From the NCBI GenBank assembly GCA_029953675.1, contig JAMWBK010000012.1:1-64000 (forward strand): 64,000 nucleotides of DNA, given 5' to 3'. A program made the translations under genes and the position numbers. Shown here one piece after another: positions 31,491-43,960 of the stretch. This DNA is from Rhodosorus marinus CCMP1338. Taxonomy: Eukaryota > Plantae > Rhodophyta. How positions within the stretch are numbered: the stretch's first letter is position 1; the number at the start of each line of letters is the position of its first letter. Under the pieces are notes generated by a model, which made no database searches, was not told the DNA's origin, and saw only the letters and a program-made list of their open reading frames with translations.

Positions 31491-32519
31491 CACTTAAAAA
31501 AATCCCCAGGTGATCCTCACCTCGCAAATCCCGCTTCCAAGTTTCCACAAGAGTATACCACGGCCGGCCGGCCCACAAAACCCTAACAAGTCAACAGTTC
31601 CTTAAACCAACACATTCACAGTTCCCTATAGTCGCGCAGCTCGAAGGATGCTCCCAGACCAAGAGACGGCTACTACAAGAATTTGTGGGGACTTTATGGA
31701 CTGTCTCGCTATTGGAATCACTTTACTAGCAATGGAACAATCTTTAGAATATTGTAGTCACAAGCCTTTTGAGAATGCGGTCGCTGGTGGGTCCCAGGGC
31801 TACTTCCACAAGACCTTTTCAACTAGTTGCCACCGTGGTTCGGTTTGAGACTGTGAGGTTTACAATACAAATGCTCTTGGCCGGCATATAGCCTGAAGCG
31901 CTAGCCAAATGTGGAGGGGACCCAGGAGGTCAGTCAAGAAACTCGATACAGTCACGACAGTCCTCCCCGAACAACCCGACGGGGATCCGCTTAAAAAAGA
32001 AGCATACTGTTTACAGAAAACCAGCGAGCGATTCGAAGCCCCAAGGAGAGAATTCAACACCAAAACAGGTTGTACTACACCGATCCCAACCCGCTCCCAA
32101 CTTACCCCCAGCTGCGCACAGCTGAGCAACCCACCAAATATTCTTATTTCCTCCCAACCTCTGACACAAAGACATTCCCTCAGATTCGATCGAATATCAA
32201 GATTCTCCCCGCTTAGTAAATCAAAGCCCACTAAATCAAAAAACACCAGGCTCGTACCAAACTAATATTGACGTGCTATCTATCAATGGGGACCAAAAGA
32301 AAACAAAACCATGGAATATTCTTCTCCTAAGCGCACTTCGCCATGGGCTCTGTAAACAAGCTCCAGACTCATATACAGCAAAGTCGAAGTCCTATCACTG
32401 CCGACCAAAAAACGAATCCGGAGGGAATATTCTTAGCTAATTGTTTTGTTGTTTTTTTCCGGCGAAGGCATTTGTTAGTTGTGTAATCGAACACGATCAA
32501 ATTTGTTTTGTGTCGTTAA

Positions 32520-33357
32520 AGCAGATTTCGAATTCAACTAGCAGTATTTACCGGTTATTAAAGATATTACCGATACCCTCATCAAAAAGCTTCGCAAGCG
32601 TTCATCATATGTTTTTCCCAACCGGATTAGTGCAGATGCTATTGAAACGAATCAATGTAAAGTCCATTGAAACGAATCTGCTTAATTGGAGATGGAAAGA
32701 ACTACCCCCTCTTTTGAGCGGAGAAAAAAAAGATAGATCATAAGCAAGGCGAAGATCTCCTGTGCCTCCTACATTTTAATGGTTTTTTATTAGCATAGCC
32801 TAGTGCGCTACACAAGGCGTGAAAACGAACTAAGGTGAAGCGCGTGCAAACCCAGACGCCTATGCGACGCCACGGTAAGCATGCTGCAAGAGTATCGCCA
32901 CAGAGAGATTCCATGTGTAAAACAAACAACGTGGAGAGATGATGGTCAAGGTCGCTTCCTGGAACAACTCCCGAAAGTTAAATATTGAATGAATATTAGA
33001 AGGGTTGTGCTTATCGGTCTATAGTTGGTTTGGATGATCGGTATATAGTTGGTTTGGATGATCGGTATATCGTTGGTTTGGATGATCGGCATATAGTTGG
33101 TTTGGTTGATTGGTATATAGTTCGTTTGGGTGATCGGTGTATAGTTGGTTTGGATGATCGGTATATAGTTGGTTTGGATGATCGGTATGAACGGTAATTT
33201 GTGAACGCGACGTTAATTTCGGGCTTTCTCGTAAACTTATTGACGGTAATAACGGTAACCACTGTCATAACGGTAATACGGTAATATCGGTAGTACCGGT
33301 AATATCGGTAATATCTTTAATAACCGGTAAATACTGCTATTGAGTTCAAAATCTGCT
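32520..33357. mobile_element. Non-autonomous DNA transposon / MITE-like element with ~55-bp terminal inverted repeats, flanked by TTAA
   Basis: 32520-32575 is the reverse complement of 33303-33357 with few mismatches; TTAA at 32516-32519 and 33358-33361; CGGTAATA-like subterminal motifs; a C 3' fragment is inserted at ~32785-32920. Confidence 0.65.
33013..33188. repeat. 24-bp minisatellite ATCGGTATATAGTTGGTTTGGATG (~7 copies)
   Basis: Tandem degenerate copies without unique spacers. Confidence 0.9.
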
Positions 33358-33954
33358 TTAACGACGACAAAAGGCTGGGAGTGCGAGCCGAGCAACAAGA
33401 ATTGCCGCAATTACGGACCCCCTCCTGATCCTAGCAAAAATCAACTTTTTGCGGCACTTTGGTGAAGTATTCACTGGGATGTTCTACAGACGACCTTCTG
33501 TGAGAAGCCAACTTGAATCTCAAGAGGGTACCACCGTCGTAGGTGACGCGCAAGTTCATCACGAATGCGATTATGTCACCGAGTCCAATTCCCGGAGGAG
33601 TCAGAGCATTGCAATAAGCGTTGAATCCCCACCATCTGCAGCGTGACAAGAAGTATGCAACCAAGTTTTCCTGCGGAGTCAAATTCTGTCGTATTTACTT
33701 CAATTCCGAAACTTCAAAACAAGGTTTTCAATCCACAGACTATCGTAAGCGCAACCACGTCATAGTATCCTTTATTGGAAAGCTGCCTAATGCAGAACAG
33801 TACTCCCGGGCCAATGTCGCAGAGACCCAAGCAACATCCAAAGTCATCTTTCTCTCCTGCGTTGGGGCCAACGCGCCGACTCGAGCTCCCAACGGATCCT
33901 CTCCAAACAGATTGCGTCAGCTAATCTGGTACAACCCAAAAAAGGAAAAATGCT

Positions 33955-35208
33955 CTAGCCTATTCGGTATAAGTTAGACCATGTGCCCACGTAGTAATCG
34001 TCCCCTTCTCCACCAACCAAAATATCGTTTCCCCCACTGGATCCCCGAGGACCCACGAAAATGTCGTTTCCTCGTCCGCCATATATCCTGTCCTGCTGAC
34101 GATCAAAACCTCCGGTACTGAAATAATCGTCTCCATTCTGCCCGTACATGATGTCCCCCTTATGGTGGCTTCCCTCCGACCAGAAGCGATCGTCGCCGTC
34201 ACCTCCCAGACCTTTCCCGGCCATAACAAGAGCATCATCACCATCATCTCCATAGAAAGTATTGTAATCAACGGACCGGTCCAACAAAAAGTCGTCCCCG
34301 TCGCCGCCAACGTGCTTGTCCGCACCAAGTCCACCTAGTATTATATCACCGTCTTTACCTCCATACATTTTATCATTACCGTGTTGGCCCTGTATGTAGT
34401 CTCTACCACTACCTCCTCTGATAGTATCATTGCCGTCCCCACCAAAGATTACGTCATCACCCCCCAGTCCGTCTATCTTGTCGTTTCCTCCCATACCGTA
34501 GATGTAGTCCTTCCAGGGAGTTCCGCGGATCACGTCATCCCCCTCCGTTCCATAAATCACATTCCTACAGATCGTGTTCAAAGAGCATATTCGATCTCCC
34601 CCGCTACGCTTCTTGCACTTTTCTGAGGTAACAGCACGCGCAAGACGTACAACCTCGCTATCGACATCTATCATATCGACCTCTGCCACAAAGCATGGAA
34701 AGCAACAATCACCATGTTGAGTTTTCGGGATGTCTTTCATCTTCAGAGTAAACTTCAACCTGTCTGAGTAGTCAAGCACATTCTCAAACGAGAATTCGTC
34801 GCTGTGGAAGAACTTCCCGGTTCCAAACGGTATCCGCTCACAGTCGGAATGGAAACCGAAACGGTATCCCTTGATCAGGTGGGTGATCTTCGAATAATCC
34901 GCAGGCCTCCTAAGGAATTTACCGTTCACGTCATACCGAGCGTCGAGCTTTACCACGATATCCTTTCCTGAGACCTTTATAGTCACCCTGACAACTCTCT
35001 TGGTGAATCCCTTGAAAGAAAGCACATAGTTCGCATCCGGAAGTCTTTTGACAATATTGTCCTCGTTTACCACCGACTTGCATGTTGCAGGTCTTGCAGC
35101 CAACAGCTCACCCAACTCAGTCCGCTTGTCCGTGGGCACCCCAAGGCCCCTGTGGAAAGCCACAAACACTACCAGGCAGACTAGCAAACACTCAACCTTA
35201 CCAGACAT
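33955..35208 (-). CDS. Secreted protein: Cys-containing N-domain plus hemolysin-type (RTX) Ca-binding GGxGxD repeats, 417 aa
   Basis: Signal peptide; repeated GGxGxDxLxG nonapeptides (GMGGNDKIDG, GGDGNDTIRG, GGLGADKHVG). Confidence 0.88.
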   Translation of the reverse strand: MSGKVECLLVCLVVFVAFHRGLGVPTDKRTELGELLAARPATCKSVVNEDNIVKRLPDANYVLSFKGFTKRVVRVTIKVSGKDIVVKLDARYDVNGKFLRRPADYSKITHLIKGYRFGFHSDCERIPFGTGKFFHSDEFSFENVLDYSDRLKFTLKMKDIPKTQHGDCCFPCFVAEVDMIDVDSEVVRLARAVTSEKCKKRSGGDRICSLNTICRNVIYGTEGDDVIRGTPWKDYIYGMGGNDKIDGLGGDDVIFGGDGNDTIRGGSGRDYIQGQHGNDKMYGGKDGDIILGGLGADKHVGGDGDDFLLDRSVDYNTFYGDDGDDALVMAGKGLGGDGDDRFWSEGSHHKGDIMYGQNGDDYFSTGGFDRQQDRIYGGRGNDIFVGPRGSSGGNDILVGGEGDDYYVGTWSNLYRIG

Positions 35209-36999
35209 CTTGCAATCAAGCGCAAATCAGGAAAACATAAGAAAACGAAGCATACAACAACAAGCCCCTTTCAGCTCATCGCCCGCCCTACTCCACAACA
35301 CAACCTTCCCATATAAGCTCCAGTGCCTCCCGCCTTTTTAAGTACCCTTCACGCCTATCGTAGCGCTTCACGCTATGCTCGTGAAGCCAGTACATTCCAA
35401 AAAATAATCACCGCGATCACCACAAGTATCTTCAGCAACCCGAGTCCCTCATCAACTTCCACAGACGAGGGTAAAAACTCCTCCGACCGTACTCCGACTG
35501 TACTCCTGCAAAACTGGTTTTTACCAAATAGAACCACCAACTGTACTCCGAACGGAGACCAAAAAAAAACAAAAAAAAAACAACCCAAGTAATACATCGC
35601 AACCCGCAAACGTCCCTAGGTAGCTAATCCAAACACGGTTGAAGTGAATGTTTTACATGCAGTACAGCTTGTTTGTAAAAACCATCATCCATAGAGAGTA
35701 TTCTTCTACCCCGCTCTTATACCATTCGTTCGCTCTGAGGTCTCCTTAGTCTATCCCGCTCCTGCTTTCCTTGCCGTCTGACTAGGCTATATTCGCTAGT
35801 TTCGCCGCACTTTGCCTTTTTTTCCCGTCCGAGTTTTTTCTTTCAGCCTCCGATTAAACCATTCGTTCGATTCGGTATTTTGAATATAAACAGAAGCAGT
35901 GAAAACTATCAATCTCATCAGCCACCATAGTCTCCCCCGTAAATGGGTCAACCTATAGTTCGAACGAATCCTGACTATTCGAGTGGTTATTGGCCACAAT
36001 CTCGCACCAGTTAGGATTATCCAATCAAGATTCGAGATTGCGAGTGTCGTCAATGGAGTTCACGCGATAGCGGGTGTACTCCACTGACCACACTGGCGGG
36101 GGGGGGGGGGGGGAATCTCATAGGGTGAATGAATGGGTTAAATGGACGACTGGAAAGCCGGCAATTGGAAAAGAAGGACTAGGTGTAGCGAATCCGCCGT
36201 CCTAATTTACAGGTTGCGTTCGGTGAACTTCAGCAGGAGACGTTTTAGTACGGCTATGTAAATGCGGGCGCGGTGTTTCCTGGTATTTCTAGTAAGATCA
36301 CCAACTAGCCTGCGGGCGATCCATTCCAATGTATCGCGATGACTTCCTTTGGCTTTGTGAGCGGTTGAAACCTTCTCGTCGGGAAGTATTCCGCGAACAC
36401 GCCACACCCGGACCGTCTTCAATCGTTCTTTACCCGACTTGAGTTTCCTGTTGTGGTGTATGAATGCTGTTTTGATATTGAACCGTGTGCGCGATCTTTG
36501 CCGAGGGCGCATTAGTATTCTTCAGACTCCGTATTAATAAACCATTTCGCTTATGGCTGAATGAATGGTTATGCTACAGCAAAATCCCTCCCAAAAAAAA
36601 AATAAAACAAGGGAAAACCAGCGAATAGCAGTTCTTGATTAGATAGTTTCGGCTAAATAATTTCCAACTGTTTCGAGGGAAAAAAAAAAAGAAACGCAGA
36701 GTCGCCGAAGTGTACCAGAGCAGTGGTCGCTGCGGGAGTACACTTGCCGAGCGGATACCGTGGGCGATGGTTGTGCTGGAGATGGGTTGAGGGGATGTTT
36801 CTTTTGTTTTTCTAGGTGGATCTAGACCAAGATGCTGCAGAGATGTCTCCAAAGGGGATTGTACTGGTGCTGGTGTTAAGATCGGTACTTAAGGTCGTAT
36901 GGCGTGATGGAATTTGGGCTAGAGAGGGTGCTGGGGCAGGACAGGCGAGCTGAAGCCTTTTTACTGGAGTAAGGTTTTAGATCTTCTTTTTTTTAGAGT

Positions 37000-38352
37000 A
37001 TGAGCTTGGTTTTCAAGATGCGTGGTAAGGCTGGCTTGATGTTTCTGAGCTTCGTGCTCTTTGCCGCGTGGGGTGGTCTTGGAGCTCCAACGAGAAGGAG
37101 CAGTGGGCTTCCCGGGCTGTTGACCGTGAGGGCAGCCGAAACATGCAATAGTGTTTTGGACAGAACGATTGACGAAGACCTCCCGAAAACGAACTACGAG
37201 CTTTCGTTCAAGGGTTTCAAGAGAACCGTTGTGAACGTGAAGTTGCGTTTATGGAAGTCTAAGGGTGGTAAACTTTGGTTCAAGTGGAATTTGGATGCAC
37301 GTTACGACCGAAGTGGCGACTTCCTTGGAAACAGTAACAATTCGAAAATTGATCACTTGATCAAGGGCTACCGTCTCGGGTTACATTCCGATTGTGAGCG
37401 GATACCGTTTGGAGACGACAAGTTCTCCATGAGCGACGAATTCTCGTATGGGAATGTGGAGAAATACCCTAAATACGTGAAGTTTACTACGACTATGAAA
37501 GACATCCCGGCAACTAGGCATGGTAATTGTTGCTTTCCATGCTTTCTGCTTGAGGTCGACTTGATAGATCGCGACAGCGAGGTTATACGTCCTGTGCGTG
37601 CTGTTACCTCAGAGAAGTGCGAGAAGCGTAGCGGGGGAGATCGAATATGTTCCTTCGACACGATTTGCAAGAACGTGATTTACGGAACGGAGGGCGACGA
37701 CGTAATCCGCGGAACTTCCGGGAAGGACTACATCTACGGTCTGGGAGGAAACGACGTGATAATAGGATTGCAGGGTGACGACGTGATCTTTGGTGGGGAC
37801 GGTGATGATACAATAGAGGGAGGTGATGGTAATGACTACATATACGGCGAGGATGGTGATGATAACTTGGACGGAGAGGATGGGGATGACAAAATTGATG
37901 GTGGAGACGGCAGGGACGAGATGCGCGGCGGATCTGGGAACGACAAAATGTATGGTGGAGCAGATTCAGATTTCGTCCAAGGAGGTGGCGGGGACGATAT
38001 GATATTTGGAGGAGGTGGTCGAGACTTCCTCAGCGGGGACTCCACAGCACACAGTTCCCGTGGCGGCAACGATGTAATATATGGTGGCTCAGGACCTGAT
38101 CAAATCTTCGACACCGCAGGTAATAATCGTCTCTATGGTGAAGAAGGTAACGATCATATCTTTGGAAGACCGGGTGCTTACATGGATGGTGGGGAAGGCA
38201 AAGATCATCTCAGAGAATTTGGCGAAGGGATCAATATGTACGGTGGTCCTGGGGACGATTTTATTCAAGGTATTGGCTCAGATCCTCTGGATCAGGACGG
38301 TTTTGATGTCCATCTGCCTGGCGACCGAACCAAACCGATACAGTTTGGCTAA
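37000..38352 (+). CDS. Secreted RTX-repeat protein, 450 aa; divergently oriented paralog of 33955-35208
   Basis: Shared HSDCERIPFG, HGxCCFPCF and SEKCxKRSGGDRICS blocks; many GGxGxD repeats. Confidence 0.88.
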   Translation: MSLVFKMRGKAGLMFLSFVLFAAWGGLGAPTRRSSGLPGLLTVRAAETCNSVLDRTIDEDLPKTNYELSFKGFKRTVVNVKLRLWKSKGGKLWFKWNLDARYDRSGDFLGNSNNSKIDHLIKGYRLGLHSDCERIPFGDDKFSMSDEFSYGNVEKYPKYVKFTTTMKDIPATRHGNCCFPCFLLEVDLIDRDSEVIRPVRAVTSEKCEKRSGGDRICSFDTICKNVIYGTEGDDVIRGTSGKDYIYGLGGNDVIIGLQGDDVIFGGDGDDTIEGGDGNDYIYGEDGDDNLDGEDGDDKIDGGDGRDEMRGGSGNDKMYGGADSDFVQGGGGDDMIFGGGGRDFLSGDSTAHSSRGGNDVIYGGSGPDQIFDTAGNNRLYGEEGNDHIFGRPGAYMDGGEGKDHLREFGEGINMYGGPGDDFIQGIGSDPLDQDGFDVHLPGDRTKPIQFG

Positions 38353-38861
38353 CAAAGTAATATCTTCTGTCGAGCGAGAGAGTTTCCACGTGCGATGATA
38401 CCAGTTGAAAGTTTTTAATTCCATTTCACGCTAGGGCCATGCGTAGCGCTTTAGGCTATCCCAATAAAAACCACTTGAAAGCTGTGCCTTAAAAACCAGC
38501 TGAAAGCAGGACTAAATGCCAGGAGTTGGAAGTCGAGGCACGAGGTATTGACTGTCGATAACCTGCGTAAAAAGGCTGCCTTCCCGCGCCCGAATTTTTC
38601 CTTGTGTTTTCTCGGATTCTAGTCAACTCTGCGTCTTGACCAGCTTTAGGTGAATTCATGGGAGAGGGGTCCATGCGCTCCAACTTAATCACAAACATAG
38701 GATTAAGACGAATCCGCTAAATAGAAAATATTTTAGTGGGAAATTTTTAACTGCATTACTCCTACCAGAACATGCCTTTAAATTTCGCTCGGATGTATTG
38801 CCTACTTGTTGTTAGGGGGTTTCCTCCAACATTCACTCGGGGTTGGTAGTGCTAGAAGAGC

Positions 38862-41800
38862 CAGGCACAGTGCCGCTCAAGCAATCTTGCTCAACTCCTT
38901 GCGTAGCGCTTCAGGTTATGCGCTCCCACCGGTTCCAGCCTTTCATTGTGGATAGCTTTGGTCACGTGGAGAAGTCCGGTTTGGAGTGTTTGCGGAAATG
39001 TTTGACTGAGCATCCTGTTGAATACTTGGAACTTTTGCGGCGTTTAAGTGTCTCTCTGTGGCGATATTCGGGTAGCATGCTTGCCGAAACGCGCCATAGG
39101 CGCCTGGGTTTGCACGCTTGCCGAAACGCGCCATAGGCGCCTGGGTTTGCACGCTTGCCTGCCTAGTTCTTAGTTCCTTTTCACGCCTTGTGTAGCGCTT
39201 CAGGCTATGCTAATAAAACTCCTGCTAGTAAAGTCCAATAAAACTCCCGGGGGAGTCATCCCGCGAGCCTCGCGGAGTGGCCGGTTGACCAGTTTGGTGC
39301 GGTTAGGAGGCAAGCGCGCGAGTACCGACTCAGGGGAGAAGCACGATTAGCTCCCCGGGCACGGCTGCGAGGTCACAGATAACGGACCTGCAGTCTTATG
39401 TCCTCAAGGAGGGCGGAAACTGGGGCATCTGGAGTTGACTCCGGCGATGGATTTCATTTGGAAGGAGGCTCCCTACCCCTCAGGGGAAGGATTCCCCCTC
39501 TTGTCCTCCCTCGAGGAGAGCTCTCCATGGCTGGGACAATCCTGGATTTTATTCTCCAGAGTCTGGCGCGTAATCAACGGGACGTCGCTATGTGGGGATT
39601 TTTGGGGGGCCCCTGGACAGGGGGTCCAAGTGAGTTTAGAGCGAACGCATAGTAGTGGTATTGCGCTGCGGTAGGTAGCTGCCGAATAAAGGCCACGGGG
39701 TCATGCCGCGCCTGATTCTGGCACCCACTCACACATCGGAGCGCAGATGGCGCGTCCGAGAACGACTGGCCATGTTCCTGAAGGGGGAATTTGAGGTGTG
39801 CAGCAGAGCTACTTAGCGTCATACGAGTCATCCGGCCGGAGGACTCGTGCTGGGACAGCCTCGCCTAGGACGACTCGAGTGCAGAAATTGGTGGCGGTTG
39901 GCGACCTGAGTCGAGCGGAACGGGTCTTGCAGGGTCAGGTGCCTGTACTCCCCTACGACGAGAGCCCCGACCAGACTGTGTCGGCGTTGTTCCCCTCGTC
40001 CGACGTGGACTTGCTCCCCGAAATCTAGGCATTTTTAGACCGTCCAGAGTTGACCGGGTTCCGCATCGACCTGACGCTCCGTGAGTCTGATCTGGAGGAT
40101 TTGCTCCGGATCTCCCGGCGTGGACGCTGCCCTGGACCCTCTGGGCTACAAACGGAATTCCTGCAGGCCTTGAGCAAGTCTGGCCAGAGCGCACTGGTGA
40201 AGATCCTGAATACGCTGTTCCAGGGTGCAGGGGGTGCGTCTGCTCCTTGGGACCATATGCGACGGGCACAGCTTTCTTGCAGCTTTGCTTGCTAACGAAA
40301 CCCGACCACGAGCCGGCACACCCGCGTCTCCGGCCGATCGGCATGGTCGAGAGTCTACGGAAGCTCGCCGGGAGGTGGCTATGCCAGCGCCTACGCCAGC
40401 GAGTCACCGCTTTTATGGCGCAGGTAGGGATGGGATTTTCCAGGGGTTGCGAACTGATCACTCATGCGATCGAGCTCGAGCGAGCCAGTAGGCCGGATTG
40501 GGGCGGTTTGGTGGTTGACTTCCGTAACGCGTTCAACAGCGTCTCGCGGACGCATGCTTTGGAGGTGATTCGAAGGGTATTCCCAGAAGCGTGCGGCCGT
40601 TCCCATCCGGTATTTACGAAGAGGGGAGCCTCCCTTACTTGACAACGCAGGGCTCTGTTTTTGCAGCACGTACTGGCGTTCAACATGGTGATCCGTGTGG
40701 GCCTGTACTTCACGCCTGTGCCTTGCAGCTCGTGCTCCAGCGACTGGCGGCTGAGGTGCCGAAGTTTCGCATCTGTGCCTACCACGACGACGTGACGTTG
40801 CTAGGCACCCCTGAGCACTTGGCTCGAGGATTGACCGAGATCGAAGCCATCGCACGTAGAGTAGGTCTAACCGTGGAACCCAAAAAATGCCGTTCTCTCG
40901 GCCCGCATGAAGTTTCGAGGGGCTCCCTGCCACCTATTCTCCGAGCCTTTGGTGAACATGCGGGGCTCGAGCACCATGGCGTCGGTTTGGGGAGTGACAA
41001 CTTTGTCCAAGACTCTTTAGCACGCCATAAGCAGCTCACCGACGCCATTGAGCGCCTACCGGACAGCATGCTCCAATCGGCTTGCCTGCTCTCCCGTTTT
41101 TGTGCCGGCCCCCAACTGAATTGCTGGCTGCGAAGCCTTCCACCGCACTGGGGCTCGTGGATGGCAGCCAAGGCGGACGAGCCGACGCTGAAGCACTGGG
41201 GAACGCTCTTGGATGAACCCCATGTGGAAGCGGCTCCTGACAAGGGACCTAATTCGTGGCCAGATTGTCCTACCTTTACGATTAGGCGGATTTGGAGTGG
41301 CTGACCGTGGACTCGTATGCTCGGCAGCGGCGGTCGCCTCCTGGGCTACCGCGTTTTGCACGTTGGTGAGTTTTCGGATGCGAAGTGCTTGCCTTTTGGC
41401 TAGAGCACTGACTAGCGAAGACCCCGTGACCCTTCCGCCGCCGCTTTTGAGTATCTATGATGCTCTGCAACAGGCGTTCAGTAAGTGCAACGCCGTGCCG
41501 GATGAGAGCTGATCCAGATTTCGCTCCTGGAAGGAGCTGTTATGGGGACGAACTGAGGCGCTCGAGGACTCTCCCATCGACAGAGTACTCGCCGACGAGG
41601 GGGAAGCTAGCCCCGGGTCACCGGTTGCCGATTACCCGGGTCTGAGCCGATTGTGGAGCTCGCGCACTGATGTGCTTCAACATAGCCACACCTGAGGCCA
41701 ACACAGTGCCGCTCACGCAATCTTGCTCAACTCTCCACTCACACCGCCTACCACCGCCGCTCGCCTCCGGCTTGTGGTTAACGACTCTGCCGTCATCACT

Positions 41801-42642
41801 GTGTCACCGTGTGGATGCCTTCCAGTTTCGCTCTGCCGCACGGATTTACCTGGGTTCGCCACAAGCTCCGTGGCGCTCTAATCGGCCGTCTTTTTGTCAG
41901 GGATGTGAGAGTCGGATCGATGCTTGTGGTTACCATTTCTTAGGTTGATGCGGAATGTTGAGAGCTCTTCGTACGAGGCGTCACACTCGCTTTAAGTACA
42001 TTCTCAGCGAAGGTATGACTCGGGTAGGGCATACGGTTGAGGTGGAATCGGAACTATCCAGATCGGTCTCGGATAGGGCACTGCCCCGCTGTATCGCAGA
42101 TCTCCTCGTCTCCGATGCTGCCGCCAGACGTTCAGCATATGTTGACCTCGCGATTACATGCCATGTGGCAAGCGCCTATCTCACGGCTGCCGCCCGCCGC
42201 GGGGGAGCACCGGCTTCGGCCCTTCGCCGAGTGAAGGAACGACGGTATGCTGAGAGTATGGCCAGTCTGCCTCGAGGGTCGCTCCCACCGGTTCCAACCT
42301 TTCATTGTGCAAAGTTTTGGTCACGTGGAGAAGGCGGGTTTGGAGTGGTTGCGGAAATGCTTCACTGAGCATCCTGTTGAATACTTGGAACTTTTGTGGC
42401 GATATTCGAGCAGCATGCTTGCCGAGGCGCGCCATCGGCGCCTGGGTTTGCACGCTTCCCTACCTAGTTGTTAGTTCCTTTTCACGGTTGCGTAGCGCTT
42501 TAGGCTATGCTAATATTCGGCGCCTGGGGTTGCATGCTTCCCTCCCTAGTTATTAGTTCATCTTCACGCCTTGCGTAGCGCTTCAGGCTATGCTAGTAAA
42601 GTCCAGTAAAGTCCAGTAAAGTCCAATAAAGCCATAAAAACC
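38862..42642 (+). mobile_element. Cluster of decayed family C copies: short 3' fragments 38862-39244, long frameshifted copy ~39245-42515 (ORF1 end + ORF2), short copy with tail 42516-42642
   Basis: GVQHGDPCGP, AYHDDV and RLE motifs; homology to 47251-50560. Confidence 0.88.
39612..39696 (+). mobile_element. ~85-bp B-related 3' end nested in a family C copy at a telomere-like site
   Basis: Similar to 20805-20887; ends gctgc-ggtag-gtagc-tgccg-aataaag-gccac|GGGGTCA; the uninterrupted C site reads TCTGGGGGTCA. Confidence 0.7.
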
Positions 42643-42949
42643 AAGCTCACAGCTTTTAATGAAGTCCTCGCACCTGACAACCTTTTGTGTAGATTGAATT
42701 AGACGATTGCGTAAGTTCAATTATCCAAAAAAATGACTGCACTTTTCCCATGTCAGCCGCCTTATGATATCTGGTTTTATGATATCTCGCATCCTGACAA
42801 ACCATTCGTTCGTTTTCGGTTTTACTGGTTTTAATGGTTAAACTGGTTCTACCTGCAAAGAAAGAAACTCATTCTCAGGTTTTGATCCTGGGACCGCTGG
42901 GGTTATGTGCTCAGAACGCTACCGCTGTGCGACGATGAGCTGGTTTAAC

Positions 42950-43960
42950 TGGTTGGTTTTTGCTGGTTTTTACGAGTATAGCCTAAAGCGCTACGCAAGG
43001 CGTGAAGGGAACGAAGAACTAGGGAGGGAAGCGTGATACCCTAGGCCGCGCCTCGGCAAGTATTCGGCTAGAACATCGCCACATGGCGACACTTAAACCG
43101 TGAAAGAGTTCCAAGTATGCGATAGGATGTAGAATATCGCCACATGGCGGCACTTCAACGGCGTAAGAGCTCCAAGTATTCGATAGCGTGTAGTGTTGAC
43201 GAATAGGCTCTATCTCTCTTAGCAAAAAAGCGAAAAGAGAGTTTGCACTAGACAAGGGAGCTTCCTCGCGATCATGGCTTGTACCCTTCCGAAGAAGGAA
43301 GCCATTTGCGTGGGCCTTTAAGGGAGTATTTCGACAGGTGCGGATATTTTGCAATCTGCGGGACACGAATTGCCGCGGGGTTTTGTCTTCCCCAGGTGTT
43401 CGTGTTTCGGCACTAGCTCATATCTTGGTACCTCTGGTGATCATTGATTGCTTTGGGTTTATTGATTGCGATGGTTCTCTTTGGCGAGAAGAGTTGTTCC
43501 GTGAGCGCCGGACGGTCCCCAAATCGTTGCCTACCAGCTGAAGTTTCTTCCTGCGGCGTATGGACGCCGCGTTGACGTTCGAGGCGCTCGATCTTTGCCG
43601 CGCTTAGTCCGTTTTTTCCCCTCGGGGGTTTTATTTTCAGCCTCCCATTAAACGAATTCATTCAATGTTACGCGCTTCCTCCTGAACGTTCTTCCCTTCC
43701 CACATCCAGGAATTTGGCTGGCAATGGTTCAACCCGCCTAATCCAGGAGTGAGTGAGGATGCCTATGATTTTAACGGTGGTTTTACGTATGCAGAACATC
43801 TGGCGGCTGCGTCCTATACAGGAGATCTGCGATGCATCGAGGTGGCGCGGTGGCAGAGGCTGGGCTGGGCTTTCAAGGCCGTTTAGATCAACTTCAACCG
43901 TGTAGCCAATTCTACTCAAACGTTCGCTCGGGATGTACTTCGGCGGGTTAACGTCTCGTA
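42950..43960. mobile_element. Old RLE remnants: C-like 3' end on minus (42950-43210), family E 3' end on plus (43330-43670), RLE fragment on minus (43668-43960)
   Basis: YLELFHGLSVAMWR; LVPLVIIDCFGF; IGYTVEV. Confidence 0.6.

Noticed and set aside
36098-36113. G16 run (and a G-run near 44680) as telomere-related or functional G-quadruplex
   Set aside because: Simple homopolymers unrelated to the 16-bp unit; length is unreliable.
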